Counted from the stretch's first letter, positions 10,038-20,100 are shown. The stretch: DNA of 64,000 bases from a virus (IMGVR_UViG_3300013121_000005:299485-363484); one strand, 5' to 3'. A program made the numbers and translations. The notes: generated by a model from the letters alone, not told the origin.

Positions 10038-10398
10038 GATAGAAGAACTGGTAGGTTTAGCTCAGGACCTCCGTAGGTGGGCTGCCCAGGGTGACGATGA
10101 AGCCATTCAACGGGCTAAAGATGAACTTGCCCAAAAAGTTAGGGAGTCCACTGACCCGGAGCTAAAGAGGGCTCTTCAGGTTGCGTTAGCTTTCACGGAG
10201 GGCTTCCGCTCCCCCTTTGACCCCCCTGAATACCCAGAAGAGCCTTTGGCTCTCCGAGCATGGAGAACCGTAGAACGACTCAGACAAGAGGCTGGGCTCG
10301 AAGTACCTGAAAAGTACACGAGGTACCATCGCCTAAACGAAGAATCTGACCCGATGGTCGCGTTCCTCGAAGCCCTAAAGCACCTCACCCGTAAGTAG
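10030..10398 (+). CDS. hypothetical protein
   Basis: Helical ORF; TTG start overlapping the previous gene. Confidence 0.6.
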   Translation: MNEIEELVGLAQDLRRWAAQGDDEAIQRAKDELAQKVRESTDPELKRALQVALAFTEGFRSPFDPPEYPEEPLALRAWRTVERLRQEAGLEVPEKYTRYHRLNEESDPMVAFLEALKHLTRK

Positions 10399-10399
10399 C

Positions 10400-10801
10400 C
10401 TACTCCGTGACTCGTAGGGCTGCTTCATGGGCTTTGCGAGCTACCCCAGGTCGACGAGTATGGGGTCTTGCTAGGGCTACAGGCTCCTCCAAATCCACAC
10501 TCCACCCCCCTAGGTTGCTCTCCTCGAACTCAATGTAGCCAGGATGAAGCCCATCGTGGACCTCACGATGGCATCGGGCACATAACAAAATGACCTTATC
10601 CAACTCCCGTTGGATAGCCTCCCAAGAGGTCATACGGTCTGAAATCGTGAACTCCTTAGCCCACACTTGAATATGATGGAAGTCGAAAGCTGTTGGGCAA
10701 CGATCGTAGCTACAAATCCGACAACGGCCCCCAAGGTACTGAATTGCTTGCTCACGAAGCTGCTTGCGTCGTAAAGCAGCCTTGTGCTTTCGCTCCATCA
10801 T
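10400..10801 (-). CDS. HNH endonuclease-like protein
   Basis: CRICSY...FDFHH...LLCARCHREVH. Confidence 0.8.
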   Translation of the reverse strand: MMERKHKAALRRKQLREQAIQYLGGRCRICSYDRCPTAFDFHHIQVWAKEFTISDRMTSWEAIQRELDKVILLCARCHREVHDGLHPGYIEFEESNLGGWSVDLEEPVALARPHTRRPGVARKAHEAALRVTE

Positions 10802-10812
10802 CGTAACCCCTT

Positions 10813-11958
10813 TCAGAGCCTAGCAAAGATGTTTGTGAATTCTTGAGGCATGGCCATACCCAAGACGTAGTGGGCAAATGCCTCGGCGATATTCTCTTTC
10901 GGATTCGTAGCCCCATAGGGAGTTACCGCAAGAGGCTCATGGAGAAGGGTGTTCGTGCTCACTTCAACATCCTTGGAGCCTTTAACCGCACTGAGTAGTT
11001 TGGGTTCGTCTATCTCCCCCTTCAAGAAAGCAGTCATTGGCTTTCGTATGTCTTGAATCTTAGCCCAACGCTCCAACTCTGGAGTCATCCCAAGGAAGGG
11101 TCGCCCCTCCTTACGAGCCTTGGCAATCCCTACCGCTTCTTCCGCAACAGTCTCTCGAAGCTTGGCATCGTAGAGCACCTTCTCATAGACCTTCTGGGTA
11201 GATAGGTCCCACAGCTCTTTGCGAACGCCCTTGTCCAAAAACTTATGGTCAAATCGATGCCCAAATTCATGGATGAGGGTGTAGATATCGTCGAACCGCT
11301 TCCGAGCCCGCACGCTCAAGTGGATGGTGTCATCCGTGTAGACATAATGAGCAGCCGTCTTCGCAGAGAGGTGAGTCGAGAAAAAGACCTTGCCATATAG
11401 CACTTGAGGGAACTTACCTCGAATCTTGGAGGCTGCTTCGTCAAGCGCTTCAAGAGCCCCCTCTATTTCGGACTTCTTGACTCCCGGCATGGGGATGACG
11501 ACGAACCCACCCCTCTTGATTTCTCGGTCCTCGTCTGTCGCTTGGGTAGCAAGCTCCAGGGTCCGTAGCTTTTTCTCCACCCCCCTAAGCTCGGCCACCC
11601 AATACTCACGCATACGGTTGGCTTGAGCTTGAGGGTCTGGGAACTTGCTGAATGGGGATGAAGGGTTTGTTGGGTCTGCTAGGTCCTGTTTGATTTTAGG
11701 CAGTTTACCTACCCAATCTTTGGCTTCATTGTACACAGATTTCAAAGCCGTACGCTTAGCCGTCCCAAGCGCCCAGAACCAATCCGGAGGAGTATTGCCC
11801 CCTTCTGGCAAAATGACCTCCATGACCTGGCCCAGAACTTCCAGCAGGGGCAGCTCATCCCCTCGCTCAAAGTCTAGGATAGCCTTTTTGAAGGTTGGAA
11901 GAAGGCTCAGTGATTTTGCAACCACGTAGCGGAAAACAACCTTGCGAACTACCCTCAT
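10813..11958 (-). CDS. zincin-like metallopeptidase domain protein
   Basis: LIHEFGH plus TPYGATNPKENIAEAF; same motif layout as 4103..5524. Confidence 0.7.
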   Translation of the reverse strand: MRVVRKVVFRYVVAKSLSLLPTFKKAILDFERGDELPLLEVLGQVMEVILPEGGNTPPDWFWALGTAKRTALKSVYNEAKDWVGKLPKIKQDLADPTNPSSPFSKFPDPQAQANRMREYWVAELRGVEKKLRTLELATQATDEDREIKRGGFVVIPMPGVKKSEIEGALEALDEAASKIRGKFPQVLYGKVFFSTHLSAKTAAHYVYTDDTIHLSVRARKRFDDIYTLIHEFGHRFDHKFLDKGVRKELWDLSTQKVYEKVLYDAKLRETVAEEAVGIAKARKEGRPFLGMTPELERWAKIQDIRKPMTAFLKGEIDEPKLLSAVKGSKDVEVSTNTLLHEPLAVTPYGATNPKENIAEAFAHYVLGMAMPQEFTNIFARL

Positions 11959-12087
11959 CTTCCACCCGTAGCTATCGAAAGAATCTTAGCTACCCCTCAG
12001 AGGAGTTTCGTGTTACTCGGTGTTATAGGTATACTGTACAGCAAAGTACAGAAGGCGTCCACCTTCCTAGTATGAAAGGATGACAAG

Positions 12088-12393
12088 ATGACACCACAAG
12101 GGGACCCCCCTGACCTAGACAAGCTGGAGCACCACCTCCAAATAGCCAGTCGCACCTCCTACCTGGCTGATGCTAGAGGGTTCGAGGACGCTGTAGATGC
12201 AGTGCTTGATGCCGCCCCTGCCCTTATCGCGGCAACACGAGAACGAAATCAGCTACTGATTGAACGAGACCAGCTACTGATTGAACGAAATCAGCTACTG
12301 ATTGAACGAGACCAGCTACTTGGCTGCTTCAGAACAAAAGAGACCAGCTACTTGGCTGATTTACTACAACAACAAAAGGCGTCAGATGAATGA
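12088..12393 (+). CDS. hypothetical protein with 21-bp tandem repeat (ER[ND]QLLI)
   Basis: GAACGA(A/G)A(T/C)CAGCTACTGATT repeated at about 12241-12320. Confidence 0.6.
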   Translation: MTPQGDPPDLDKLEHHLQIASRTSYLADARGFEDAVDAVLDAAPALIAATRERNQLLIERDQLLIERNQLLIERDQLLGCFRTKETSYLADLLQQQKASDE

Positions 12394-12577
12394 ATTCGAC
12401 CTAGAAGAGCTTCTAAAGCTCGCTCTAGCTGCGTATGCCAAGGACAACGATCTTCCCCTGAAACTCCAAACCGTCAAGGAAAAGGGGTTTGGAGGCGAAG
12501 CTGGCCTTCTCGTCTCTCTTGGCGAAGATGAGTTTCACCTCGCTATCACACAGACAGCCTTTGGTGAGGAAGAGTGA
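12386..12577 (+). CDS. hypothetical protein
   Basis: ATG 12386; stop overlaps the dam start. Confidence 0.6.
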   Translation: MNEFDLEELLKLALAAYAKDNDLPLKLQTVKEKGFGGEAGLLVSLGEDEFHLAITQTAFGEEE

Positions 12578-13416
12578 CTCAACCCTTCGTAAAATGGGCA
12601 GGAGGTAAGCGCCAGCTTCTTCCTACTATCCTCTCTCGCCTTCCGTTCGAGACGCGAACCTTCTACGAGCCCTTCTTGGGCGGAGGAGCCGTCTTCTTCG
12701 CGATGGCCCGAGAGGGCGTCTTCAAGCGAGCCTGTGTCAACGACCTCAACGAAGAGCTGATCCAAGCGTACCGAACCCTTGCCTCCGAGACGTTGGCCAA
12801 AGAAGTCATCGACCTCTTGAAGACGTACCCTCACGACCGGACGTTCTTCGAGAGCCTTCGTCCAAAACTCCCCACGACAGCTTCTGAGGTAGAAAGGACT
12901 GCACGGTTCATCTACTTGAACCGTGTCGGCTTCAACGGGCTCTACCGAGTCAACAAGAAGGGGGAGTTCAATGTCCCCTTCGGTCAATACGAGAACCCGA
13001 CGATCTGCGACGAAAACAACTTGCTGGCCGTATCCGAGTGCCTTCGGAACAACGTTGAGTTCCAGTGCCAGGACTTCGCCGCGAGCGTCTCGTCCGCTCA
13101 GGCGGGGGACACCGTGTACTTCGATCCCCCCTACCTCCCCGTGTCGGAGACCGCCAACTTCACGGAGTACACGGAAGGGGGCTTCCCCTTCTCAGAGCAT
13201 TGCCGGTTGGCTCAAACCTTCCGTGAGCTGGCCAATCGAGGCGTTGCTGTCCTGCTGTCCAACTCGGATGTGCCTAGGGTGCGTGAGCTATTCGAGGGCT
13301 TCCAGATCGACACAGTATATGCACGTCGTGCAATCAACAGTAACGGGGCCAAACGAGGCCCCGTTACTGAATTGCTGGTCAGCGCTAACCTAGGTACTCC
13401 TCAAGAAGGGCCTTGA
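12574..13416 (+). CDS. dam: DNA adenine methyltransferase (Dam/D12 class)
   Basis: KWAGGK, EPFLGGG, FNGLYRVN, YFDPPY motifs. Confidence 0.93.
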   Translation: MTQPFVKWAGGKRQLLPTILSRLPFETRTFYEPFLGGGAVFFAMAREGVFKRACVNDLNEELIQAYRTLASETLAKEVIDLLKTYPHDRTFFESLRPKLPTTASEVERTARFIYLNRVGFNGLYRVNKKGEFNVPFGQYENPTICDENNLLAVSECLRNNVEFQCQDFAASVSSAQAGDTVYFDPPYLPVSETANFTEYTEGGFPFSEHCRLAQTFRELANRGVAVLLSNSDVPRVRELFEGFQIDTVYARRAINSNGAKRGPVTELLVSANLGTPQEGP

Positions 13417-14332
13417 TTTTCGCATAGGGGTTTGGGTCCTCCTGGAGCATCAGGAAACTACATCCGGCTGCCTTGGTATGCCCGCCCCCCGAAAGCCCTC
13501 CTGGACGGGTCTTCACCCAATTGCAGAAGGCAGCCGTATCGAAGTTCGATGCCCTACAGGACAGAATCATTTTCACGGCAGCCTGGTCCGCCTGGTAGTG
13601 AAACCCAACAAGCAGATCGACTTCACGACTCATTGTGTCATGGAGGTCACTTGTTACAGAAGTCCCCTGGATGATCGCAACCCTCTTGTCCCTCAGCGTG
13701 AATTGTACGCACTGAGAGACCAGCTCAGCCGTGTAGCTAAGCTTCTTTTGGGTTAGCAGGGGGCCCAACGCCATCCTATGGCTAAAGGTTGGGTCAAAAA
13801 ACCGTACCCCATCCCAAGCAGAAGATGGGAAAAACTTGAGAACCTCTGCTTGCGCACATGCCTCCTCCCAATGAGGGCTTGTCCGCTGCCAGGTGTCCCG
13901 AATACCTGCCAGAAGCGCAAACCTCTCCACGACAGGTAGAGAAGACATGCGATGGATGGGGTTGTGGTAGAACATCTTCCAAACTTGGAAAGCTAGGGTT
14001 GCACCTGAGACCCCAGGATTAAGGGTCTCGTCCCCATAGACCCCATTCTCCCCAAACTGCTCAACCACTGCCTTGGCAGTCTTGTGGTGGTCCAGGACAA
14101 TTGCACCCTTGTCCACAAACTCCTGAACTCGACCCTCTGGAGGCGAAAAGTCACAGAAAAGCATCCCCTCCCGAGCTTCCAACTCTCGATGCTCAAGGGC
14201 ACCGTATTGGAGGTACGTAACCGGAATCTCCGGGAAAACATCCCGGAGAATTAGGGCGGAAGCAACTCCATCGGGGCAGTGTGCATGAGTAATGATTTCA
14301 CGCACACTGCTGAGCTTCTCAAGTCGGATCAT
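13385..14332 (-). CDS. DHH/DHHA1 phosphoesterase
   Basis: THAHCPDG, CDFS, LDHH, GGGH motifs. Confidence 0.85.
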   Translation of the reverse strand: MIRLEKLSSVREIITHAHCPDGVASALILRDVFPEIPVTYLQYGALEHRELEAREGMLFCDFSPPEGRVQEFVDKGAIVLDHHKTAKAVVEQFGENGVYGDETLNPGVSGATLAFQVWKMFYHNPIHRMSSLPVVERFALLAGIRDTWQRTSPHWEEACAQAEVLKFFPSSAWDGVRFFDPTFSHRMALGPLLTQKKLSYTAELVSQCVQFTLRDKRVAIIQGTSVTSDLHDTMSREVDLLVGFHYQADQAAVKMILSCRASNFDTAAFCNWVKTRPGGLSGGGHTKAAGCSFLMLQEDPNPYAKIKALLEEYLG

Positions 14333-14547
14333 GTAGCCCCCTTTACGATTTCGTTCGGAGTGTAAACAAACGCGAGATCATAGTGACCTCCGGTTCGGAA
14401 GCAGTACCCCCCTGCCCCAGGTAGGATCACCACGGTGCAACCCTCGGGTACCTGATGCCGAATGGTACGAGCCCCATCCTGGTACCCAAGAACCAATGGC
14501 CCTTGATGGGTCCCTCGAAGGTTTGTATCACACTTGATCTCGTACAT
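14329..14547 (-). CDS. hypothetical protein
   Basis: ORF with 4-nt overlap to the DHH gene. Confidence 0.55.
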   Translation of the reverse strand: MYEIKCDTNLRGTHQGPLVLGYQDGARTIRHQVPEGCTVVILPGAGGYCFRTGGHYDLAFVYTPNEIVKGAT

Positions 14548-14568
14548 GCAATCCTACCTTTCAGTATT

Positions 14569-14904
14569 TCACGGAAGTTTCAGGGCTACCTTCTGCGCTG
14601 CCTTGGCCAAGCCTCGCCAGGTGGTCTTCTTCCTGGCCTTCAAGTTGGCCTTCCTCTTGGTCTCCTGCTTGGCCTTCTTCAGGTTGGTCTCCTCCTCCTG
14701 CTTGGCCTTCTTCAGGTTGGTCTCCTCCTTGGCCTTCTCCTTGGCCTTCTTCAGGTTGGCCTTCTCCTTGGCCTTCTCCTTGGCCTTGCGCCATGCCTCG
14801 ATGTCTGCGATCGAAGCTGAAGCCAGGATGGCGTACAACGCCTCCATGTAGATACGAGTAGCCTGCCGAACTTTACTAGAGAGAGTCATTGTTTTCCCTT
14901 TCAA
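14569..14904 (-). CDS. Lys/Ala-rich repetitive basic protein
   Basis: KAKEKA/NLKKAK repeats encoded by tandem DNA repeats at 14630-14790. Confidence 0.6.
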   Translation of the reverse strand: MKGKTMTLSSKVRQATRIYMEALYAILASASIADIEAWRKAKEKAKEKANLKKAKEKAKEETNLKKAKQEEETNLKKAKQETKRKANLKARKKTTWRGLAKAAQKVALKLP

Positions 14905-14913
14905 CTGAGATCC

Positions 14914-15216
14914 TCATATCTTATCGAACCGAGTAGGATCTCGAACAAACTCGGTCTTGAATTCACCATGCACTATGTGCTGCCATTCCCCCCTTTGATT
15001 AGGGCCTGAGGCAATTGACACATGGGGCCCACGTAATACAACCACTGAAGTACCTTGGGTTTTAACCCCTCTAATTACAAGGGTTGTGTTTGGAGGAAAT
15101 TCGCTGATTGCTAGCCAGCGAGGAGAGGCCACTCGAAACCACGTGTCTTCCCCCCGGGTTACAGCGACCCCCAAAACCGAGAGGCTCTCAGGTACTACTA
15201 GGTCCCCTTCTTTCAC
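14914..15216 (-). CDS. hypothetical protein (C-terminal TRFDKI)
   Basis: ORF contiguous with neighbours. Confidence 0.6.
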   Translation of the reverse strand: MKEGDLVVPESLSVLGVAVTRGEDTWFRVASPRWLAISEFPPNTTLVIRGVKTQGTSVVVLRGPHVSIASGPNQRGEWQHIVHGEFKTEFVRDPTRFDKI

Positions 15217-15897
15217 TTACTTGTCCCACAACTGGGCATGGGCCGCTTCTAGGGCTTTGTAGAAGGTCTGCTTTTGGGCTCTTGTTTGGGCAGCCGACTT
15301 CAAAGCGACGAAAGCTTGTCTGTAGTTTCCTTCCGCCATTTGCCGATAGTAGGCGTACATGAAGGTCTTACCCGTCTTACGTTTAGGCGGGGTCAAGAGC
15401 AGGCAAGCAGCCTGAAGGGCATCCGCTTGTGCCTGTACTTGCTCAAGAGACTCCACGGGGGGAGCTAGCTTTTGCTCTTTACGGGCATTGGACAGGCGAA
15501 CAAGGTCTGCTGAAGACACCTCACCCACACCTACACCTGCCTTAAGGGCCCTAGAGCGAAGAACTGCCTCATTTCCATTGGCCGCAGACTCAAAAAACAG
15601 GAAGTCCCCTTCCCGCTTAACAAAGACCCCATACCAACGGTTTTGGACTATGTTGCCGCTCCAAGCAATCCGGTCCCCTCCAAACTCCACAGCATCGAAC
15701 AGCATGAGCTGTTCGGTTATGTAGAGGCACCCCCCTCGCCCTTGAGGCAGGAAGTACCGGTCGAACCCCCCAGGCTTTACCGGGTTGATGTCCACGACCG
15801 CAAGCCAATTACGAGCCCGTTCCTTGCAAAGCTCCAACACAGGAGCTTCCAAGAGGGCATCGTTGACATGTCGTAGCTTGTAAACTTCCATGCGCAA
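15217..15897 (-). CDS. hypothetical protein
   Basis: ORF after class-A and GGTGTA motifs. Confidence 0.7.
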   Translation of the reverse strand: MRMEVYKLRHVNDALLEAPVLELCKERARNWLAVVDINPVKPGGFDRYFLPQGRGGCLYITEQLMLFDAVEFGGDRIAWSGNIVQNRWYGVFVKREGDFLFFESAANGNEAVLRSRALKAGVGVGEVSSADLVRLSNARKEQKLAPPVESLEQVQAQADALQAACLLLTPPKRKTGKTFMYAYYRQMAEGNYRQAFVALKSAAQTRAQKQTFYKALEAAHAQLWDK

Positions 15898-15905
15898 CAG
15901 CTTTC

Positions 15906-16001
15906 TACACCAAAACTCCCTTGTTCAACGAACGACCCCGAAAATTCTCAACCTGACCCTTGAAGAAATTTACCCCCCTTCGTTGAAGAGGCTGAGGTGT
16001 A
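15906..16001. promoter_or_regulatory. divergent promoter pair (class-A motif plus GGTGTA on each strand)
   Basis: Minus: TTGAGA..CGTTGA then GGTGTA; plus: TTGAAG..CGTTGA then GGTGTA. Confidence 0.65.
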
Positions 16002-16011
16002 AAAAAGAAGC

Positions 16012-16428
16012 ATGAGCATCGTTCAATACACGGATCTTCGTTCTATTACGAGGGACTCTAACAGATGTCAGACCCTCGTGGGGCTCGATTTCAACGGGGA
16101 TAGGAAAGTGTGGCTGGTATTTGGCCAGTGCCAGATCCAACAGCGTGATGAGCCTGGGCAGCATTACCTGGAAGGCCGCATGCTGGAAGGGGCCACGGAC
16201 TTTGATCATGACAGCCCCTACGCCATCCGGCTCCCCCTCGTCGGCCTGACCTACAAAAATACCAACGGTGAGGTTATCCGGTTCGAGGTGGACCCCGCAG
16301 TCGCGGCTGCACGCAATCAACACGGAGTTCCTCAGAGTGAGATTGAAGCTCAGCTTCGTCAAATTGAGGGTGCTCTTGAAACGTGGCCGCCTTTCTGGCC
16401 CACCCCTAGGGCAATTGGTCCGTTTTGA
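16012..16428 (+). CDS. hypothetical protein
   Basis: ORF after promoter motifs. Confidence 0.7.
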   Translation: MSIVQYTDLRSITRDSNRCQTLVGLDFNGDRKVWLVFGQCQIQQRDEPGQHYLEGRMLEGATDFDHDSPYAIRLPLVGLTYKNTNGEVIRFEVDPAVAAARNQHGVPQSEIEAQLRQIEGALETWPPFWPTPRAIGPF

Positions 16429-16444
16429 GGTGTAGGTAACGAGA

Positions 16445-17026
16445 ATGAACCTACCTCTCATCCAAGCTGCCCTCGAACTGATTCGACTTGAAACCGAAAT
16501 GGGCGAGCACTTGGCTTACCTCCAACAGCAAGGGGGTGAGATTGGACCGCTCCTCAAGGAAGCTCACCTCAAGAAGCGAGAGAAGCTTGCCAACGCCCAC
16601 CAAAAGATGCGGGAGCTTCTCCCTGACCCGAACATACTCCCAGAAGAGCTGCCCATCCAAGCTGCCCTCAAGGACCAAAAACCCATGTCCCCACTGGCAG
16701 TCTTCACCCGCCTGACTCAATTGGGGTTCCTCCCACATATGCATGAAGTCTCACACATGCTGTGGGAAATGGCACAAGCAGGGGAGATCGAATACCTCAA
16801 CCCTGGGCTGTACAAAGCCCACAAACCCAAAAGTCGCTTCCACGACCTCTTCGCCTCCGTCCACCAACCCGGCGACATGCCGAAAACCTTGATCGAACGC
16901 CTGACCGTCGAAGCCCTCGGCTGGCCAAAGGAGTTTGAGCAAGAAATCAAAGACTTCCGCAAGCTCAACACGGAGAGTAGGATCCAAGCGGCTGGGGCCT
17001 TCCTTTTCAATTGGCCAGAGGATTGA
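16445..17026 (+). CDS. hypothetical protein, possible winged-helix
   Basis: Coiled N-terminus; EVSHMLWEMAQAGEIEYLNPGLYK resembles a wHTH wing. Confidence 0.6.
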   Translation: MNLPLIQAALELIRLETEMGEHLAYLQQQGGEIGPLLKEAHLKKREKLANAHQKMRELLPDPNILPEELPIQAALKDQKPMSPLAVFTRLTQLGFLPHMHEVSHMLWEMAQAGEIEYLNPGLYKAHKPKSRFHDLFASVHQPGDMPKTLIERLTVEALGWPKEFEQEIKDFRKLNTESRIQAAGAFLFNWPED

Positions 17027-17053
17027 AAATCCTCTAGTCTCTTCGTTCTAGCC

Positions 17054-17245
17054 ATGAGGAGACGAAACTACCGGGAAGAGTTTGACCGAAAGAAAGACCT
17101 GGAATTCCTTGCGACCCTCCGCACGGCTACCCGGGAACAGCTTCTCACCCTCGAACACAACTTCCAACACGACAGTGCACCCGCATGGAAGAAAATCGCC
17201 ATCGCGAGGGCCCTTCAGAGACTACCCAAAGAAGAAGAGACCTAA
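17054..17245 (+). CDS. hypothetical protein
   Basis: ORF after class-A promoter motif. Confidence 0.6.
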   Translation: MRRRNYREEFDRKKDLEFLATLRTATREQLLTLEHNFQHDSAPAWKKIAIARALQRLPKEEET

Positions 17246-17629
17246 ATGAAATCAGGATGCTGCAACGCCGAAATCACCTTCACGCCAAGTGCCTTCTTGG
17301 ACTTTGGTTGGGACAGGTGCAGCCAGTGTGAGCTTGAAGTCCGCTACGCTCTCGTAGGCCACCCATGGGAGAAGGAACATGCATGTGGGGTGTTCCGAGC
17401 CTACGACAACAAGTTGTACTTCTTCTGGATGGCCGTGTCCTCCAAACAATCCTTGGACGATTACCTCAAACGAGGTTGGAAATTCGTCGGCGTCATTAAA
17501 GAGGTAGTCGCCACGATCGGACAGAAATACCACACCCAAGACACAGACATGTTGTCCCCGGAACAACATAGAGCCTTCTCGCACTACTGGATGCCCCATG
17601 TGGAAAACCCAGAGCTGGCCCTGAAATGA
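17246..17629 (+). CDS. Zn-finger-like hypothetical protein (paralog of 39830..40279)
   Basis: SxCCxAxI...DxCSxC shared with 39830..40279. Confidence 0.65.
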   Translation: MKSGCCNAEITFTPSAFLDFGWDRCSQCELEVRYALVGHPWEKEHACGVFRAYDNKLYFFWMAVSSKQSLDDYLKRGWKFVGVIKEVVATIGQKYHTQDTDMLSPEQHRAFSHYWMPHVENPELALK

Positions 17630-18468
17630 CCCAAGAAGACCTTGACGACTTCCTTGAGTTTATTGACAACAAGCCTAAGCTTAAAGTCATCCAACCACGG
17701 GATGAAGGGGATCTCGACGACTTCATCCTTGCTACCCAAGAGGAAATTCCAGCCCTGCCCGTGTGTGAGGACCCCGAAGCCCAAGTAACTCGGATCCTCA
17801 CACACGTGCCAACCGCACTCCCCTCCTACGTCCAACAGCTCGTCCAGCGATCCCCCTCTGCGTTCATCCAGACCCTCCTCAGCCCCATGAACGCTCGCAC
17901 AACTGTGCCCCGTAACCGAATCCTCGAATTCGGCTACGTCACTGCCAAAAAAATCCACCCGCTAGACCCACGGGGCATCCGCTGCCTCTCTGACCTCGGC
18001 CTCCCACTCAAAAAAGAATGGGTCATCGAAGATGGCCGCCGCTGCGTCGCCTACACGTTCGAGCCCGAACGGTTCATCAAACAACGCCGTCATCGAGTCG
18101 CTACCGTAAAAATCCGTAACGCTCTCGCCAAACTACGCAACTACACTTGCGAGATTTGCAAGAACGTCTACCCCCTCTCTTTCCTAGAGTGTGACCATAG
18201 GATTACCTACGCCATCAGCGGAGACGAGAACATCGAAGCCCTGGGCCTGGAAGCCTTCCAACTCCTCTGCCTCTCCTGCAATCGACGTAAGCTCATCGAG
18301 TGCCGCCGCTGCCCCAACACACTCCCAGAAAAATGCGGTAGGTGCTTCTGGGCCTCCCCCGATGACTACGACCACATCGCAACCGTACCCGTCAAGTACT
18401 TCGTACGAGTCACCACGCCCGACAAGTACAACCAACTCGTAGACTACGCCAAAGTTCTTGGCATCTAG
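17626..18468 (+). CDS. HNH endonuclease, R.KpnI-like
   Basis: CEIC...ECDHRI...LLCLSCNRRK..CRRCPN..CGRCFWASPDDYDHIA resembles KpnI-family HNH enzymes. Confidence 0.65.
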   Translation: MTQEDLDDFLEFIDNKPKLKVIQPRDEGDLDDFILATQEEIPALPVCEDPEAQVTRILTHVPTALPSYVQQLVQRSPSAFIQTLLSPMNARTTVPRNRILEFGYVTAKKIHPLDPRGIRCLSDLGLPLKKEWVIEDGRRCVAYTFEPERFIKQRRHRVATVKIRNALAKLRNYTCEICKNVYPLSFLECDHRITYAISGDENIEALGLEAFQLLCLSCNRRKLIECRRCPNTLPEKCGRCFWASPDDYDHIATVPVKYFVRVTTPDKYNQLVDYAKVLGI

Positions 18469-18502
18469 TTGAAGAACCCAAATCTGGTTCGTTGTGTAAA
18501 GC

Positions 18503-18733
18503 ATGAACCAGCGCTTCATCTTCCGAACCAAGGACGGGACCCAGTACCACTTGGTTCAAGCGGGGCTCAATGGCCCCTGGACGGTCATCTACAACCCAGG
18601 GCCCGGAGGACAGAAGAAGTTCCCCTCCCTGAACCAAGCCCTCCATACCCTCGGGGGCATCGTCCAGTGGGATGCCTGGTCCAGAACCTCCAAGGCTACC
18701 CTCCTCGCCCTCAACCACGATAAGGCTATCTAA
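18503..18733 (+). CDS. hypothetical protein
   Basis: ATG 7 nt after a class-A -10 box. Confidence 0.65.
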   Translation: MNQRFIFRTKDGTQYHLVQAGLNGPWTVIYNPGPGGQKKFPSLNQALHTLGGIVQWDAWSRTSKATLLALNHDKAI

Positions 18734-18736
18734 AGG

Positions 18737-19105
18737 ATGACACCCTTCTACAAAACGCTCAACCAAGAGCACCAAGCTGTCCTGCTCACCCAGATGCGAG
18801 CATGGGGGAACGAGGCCATCCGACTCTTCGAGCAAGCACGCCTCCCACAAGGTACCATCCCAGTAGGGGCAGGGGACTTCGACGAGTACACCCTCCCAGG
18901 AGCCCTCCGACAAGAGTTGTGCTCCGCCCTCCGTACCCAACCCTCCCTAGAAGACGTCGAAGCCCAAGTCGCTCGACGCCTCACCCTGTGGGTCTTCAAC
19001 CACAACAGGATGAGACCCAAGGACGTAAACTGGCAACGGAACCCAGATACCTGGAAGCGTGACCTGGCTAAGCTCATGCAAACCCTACGACAGATTCTGA
19101 CTTGA
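18737..19105 (+). CDS. hypothetical protein
   Basis: ORF with AAGGA upstream. Confidence 0.65.
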   Translation: MTPFYKTLNQEHQAVLLTQMRAWGNEAIRLFEQARLPQGTIPVGAGDFDEYTLPGALRQELCSALRTQPSLEDVEAQVARRLTLWVFNHNRMRPKDVNWQRNPDTWKRDLAKLMQTLRQILT

Positions 19106-19471
19106 GAAACCTAGAGGGCCTTCGTTTAGGTAGGAGAGAGAGCCGGGAGAAGAAGACGGGAGACTGAGAAGAAGCCGTGAGAAGAAAGAAGCCGTGAGAA
19201 ACAAGGAAAACCCCGCCCCTTGGGGCCCGGTCCCTCCTTGTTTCCAGTGAGATTGTAATCCTTCTTAGTCCCTCGTAAACCAAACCTACGACCGTCTCAG
19301 AACAGCGTCTTTCAGGAGAGAAAATGAACCCTCTTGGCACGCTATTTGACGCGAACTTTCTAAGGCGAGGGCTGAGGTTGGATTTCCGGTAACGGGCAGG
19401 AGAAACAGTTGATGAAAACCCACTACCCTTTTGGGGTGGGTTGGTGTATAGAGTTTGGAAAGGAGACTGTA

Positions 19472-19927
19472 ATGAGTGACCAGGAAATGAGTGCAGAGAA
19501 GATGTTGGCGTCCTACAAGGACGCCACGGCGACCATGGAGAAGCTGGAGAAGGCACTGGAGGTGCTGAAGGGCCAGCGGAGCAATCTCGTGAAGGGGCTG
19601 TACGACCTTTCGGGGAAGGGGCCCTACACGGTGGAGGGGCGCGAGTGCAACATCGTGGTCAAGGGGGATACGTACTACTTCTTGCCCGTGAAGACGGCTG
19701 GGAGCGGTGGCGGGCCCAGGAAGGCGGCTCCCTCTGCTGAGACCTTGGCGCGGTTGGCCGAGGCAGTGAGGGCCAAGGGTGGACCCGTTCCCGTGTCCGT
19801 GATTGCCAGGGACTTGGGGGAGGAGGTTGGTCCCAAGTTCTCCGAGCTGGTGAAGGCGGCTCTTGAGCAGGGCCTGATCACAAAGACCGGGGAGCGTGCG
19901 GCGACCCGTTACAGCGTTCCGGCCTGA
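19472..19927 (+). CDS. putative DNA-binding protein (C-terminal winged helix)
   Basis: AAGGAG RBS; VSVIARDLG...GLITKTGERAATRY. Confidence 0.65.
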   Translation: MSDQEMSAEKMLASYKDATATMEKLEKALEVLKGQRSNLVKGLYDLSGKGPYTVEGRECNIVVKGDTYYFLPVKTAGSGGGPRKAAPSAETLARLAEAVRAKGGPVPVSVIARDLGEEVGPKFSELVKAALEQGLITKTGERAATRYSVPA

Positions 19928-20100
19928 TGTCGGATCGTCGGAAGGACAGCCTAGCGCTGGCCTTTTTCGGAGATGCCCTTAGAGAGGCTCTGGGACTGGA
20001 GCCTCTCTACCAAAGCGGTAGGGCCCCCCAGAAAGAGGCAGAGAGGTTCTATCAAGCCCCCTTCACCTTCCCCTCGCCGAGCATGCGCAGTAGGGACTAG
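19927..20100 (+). CDS. small hypothetical protein (57 aa)
   Basis: ATG overlaps the previous TGA; ends before the terminator. Confidence 0.45.
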   Translation: MSDRRKDSLALAFFGDALREALGLEPLYQSGRAPQKEAERFYQAPFTFPSPSMRSRD

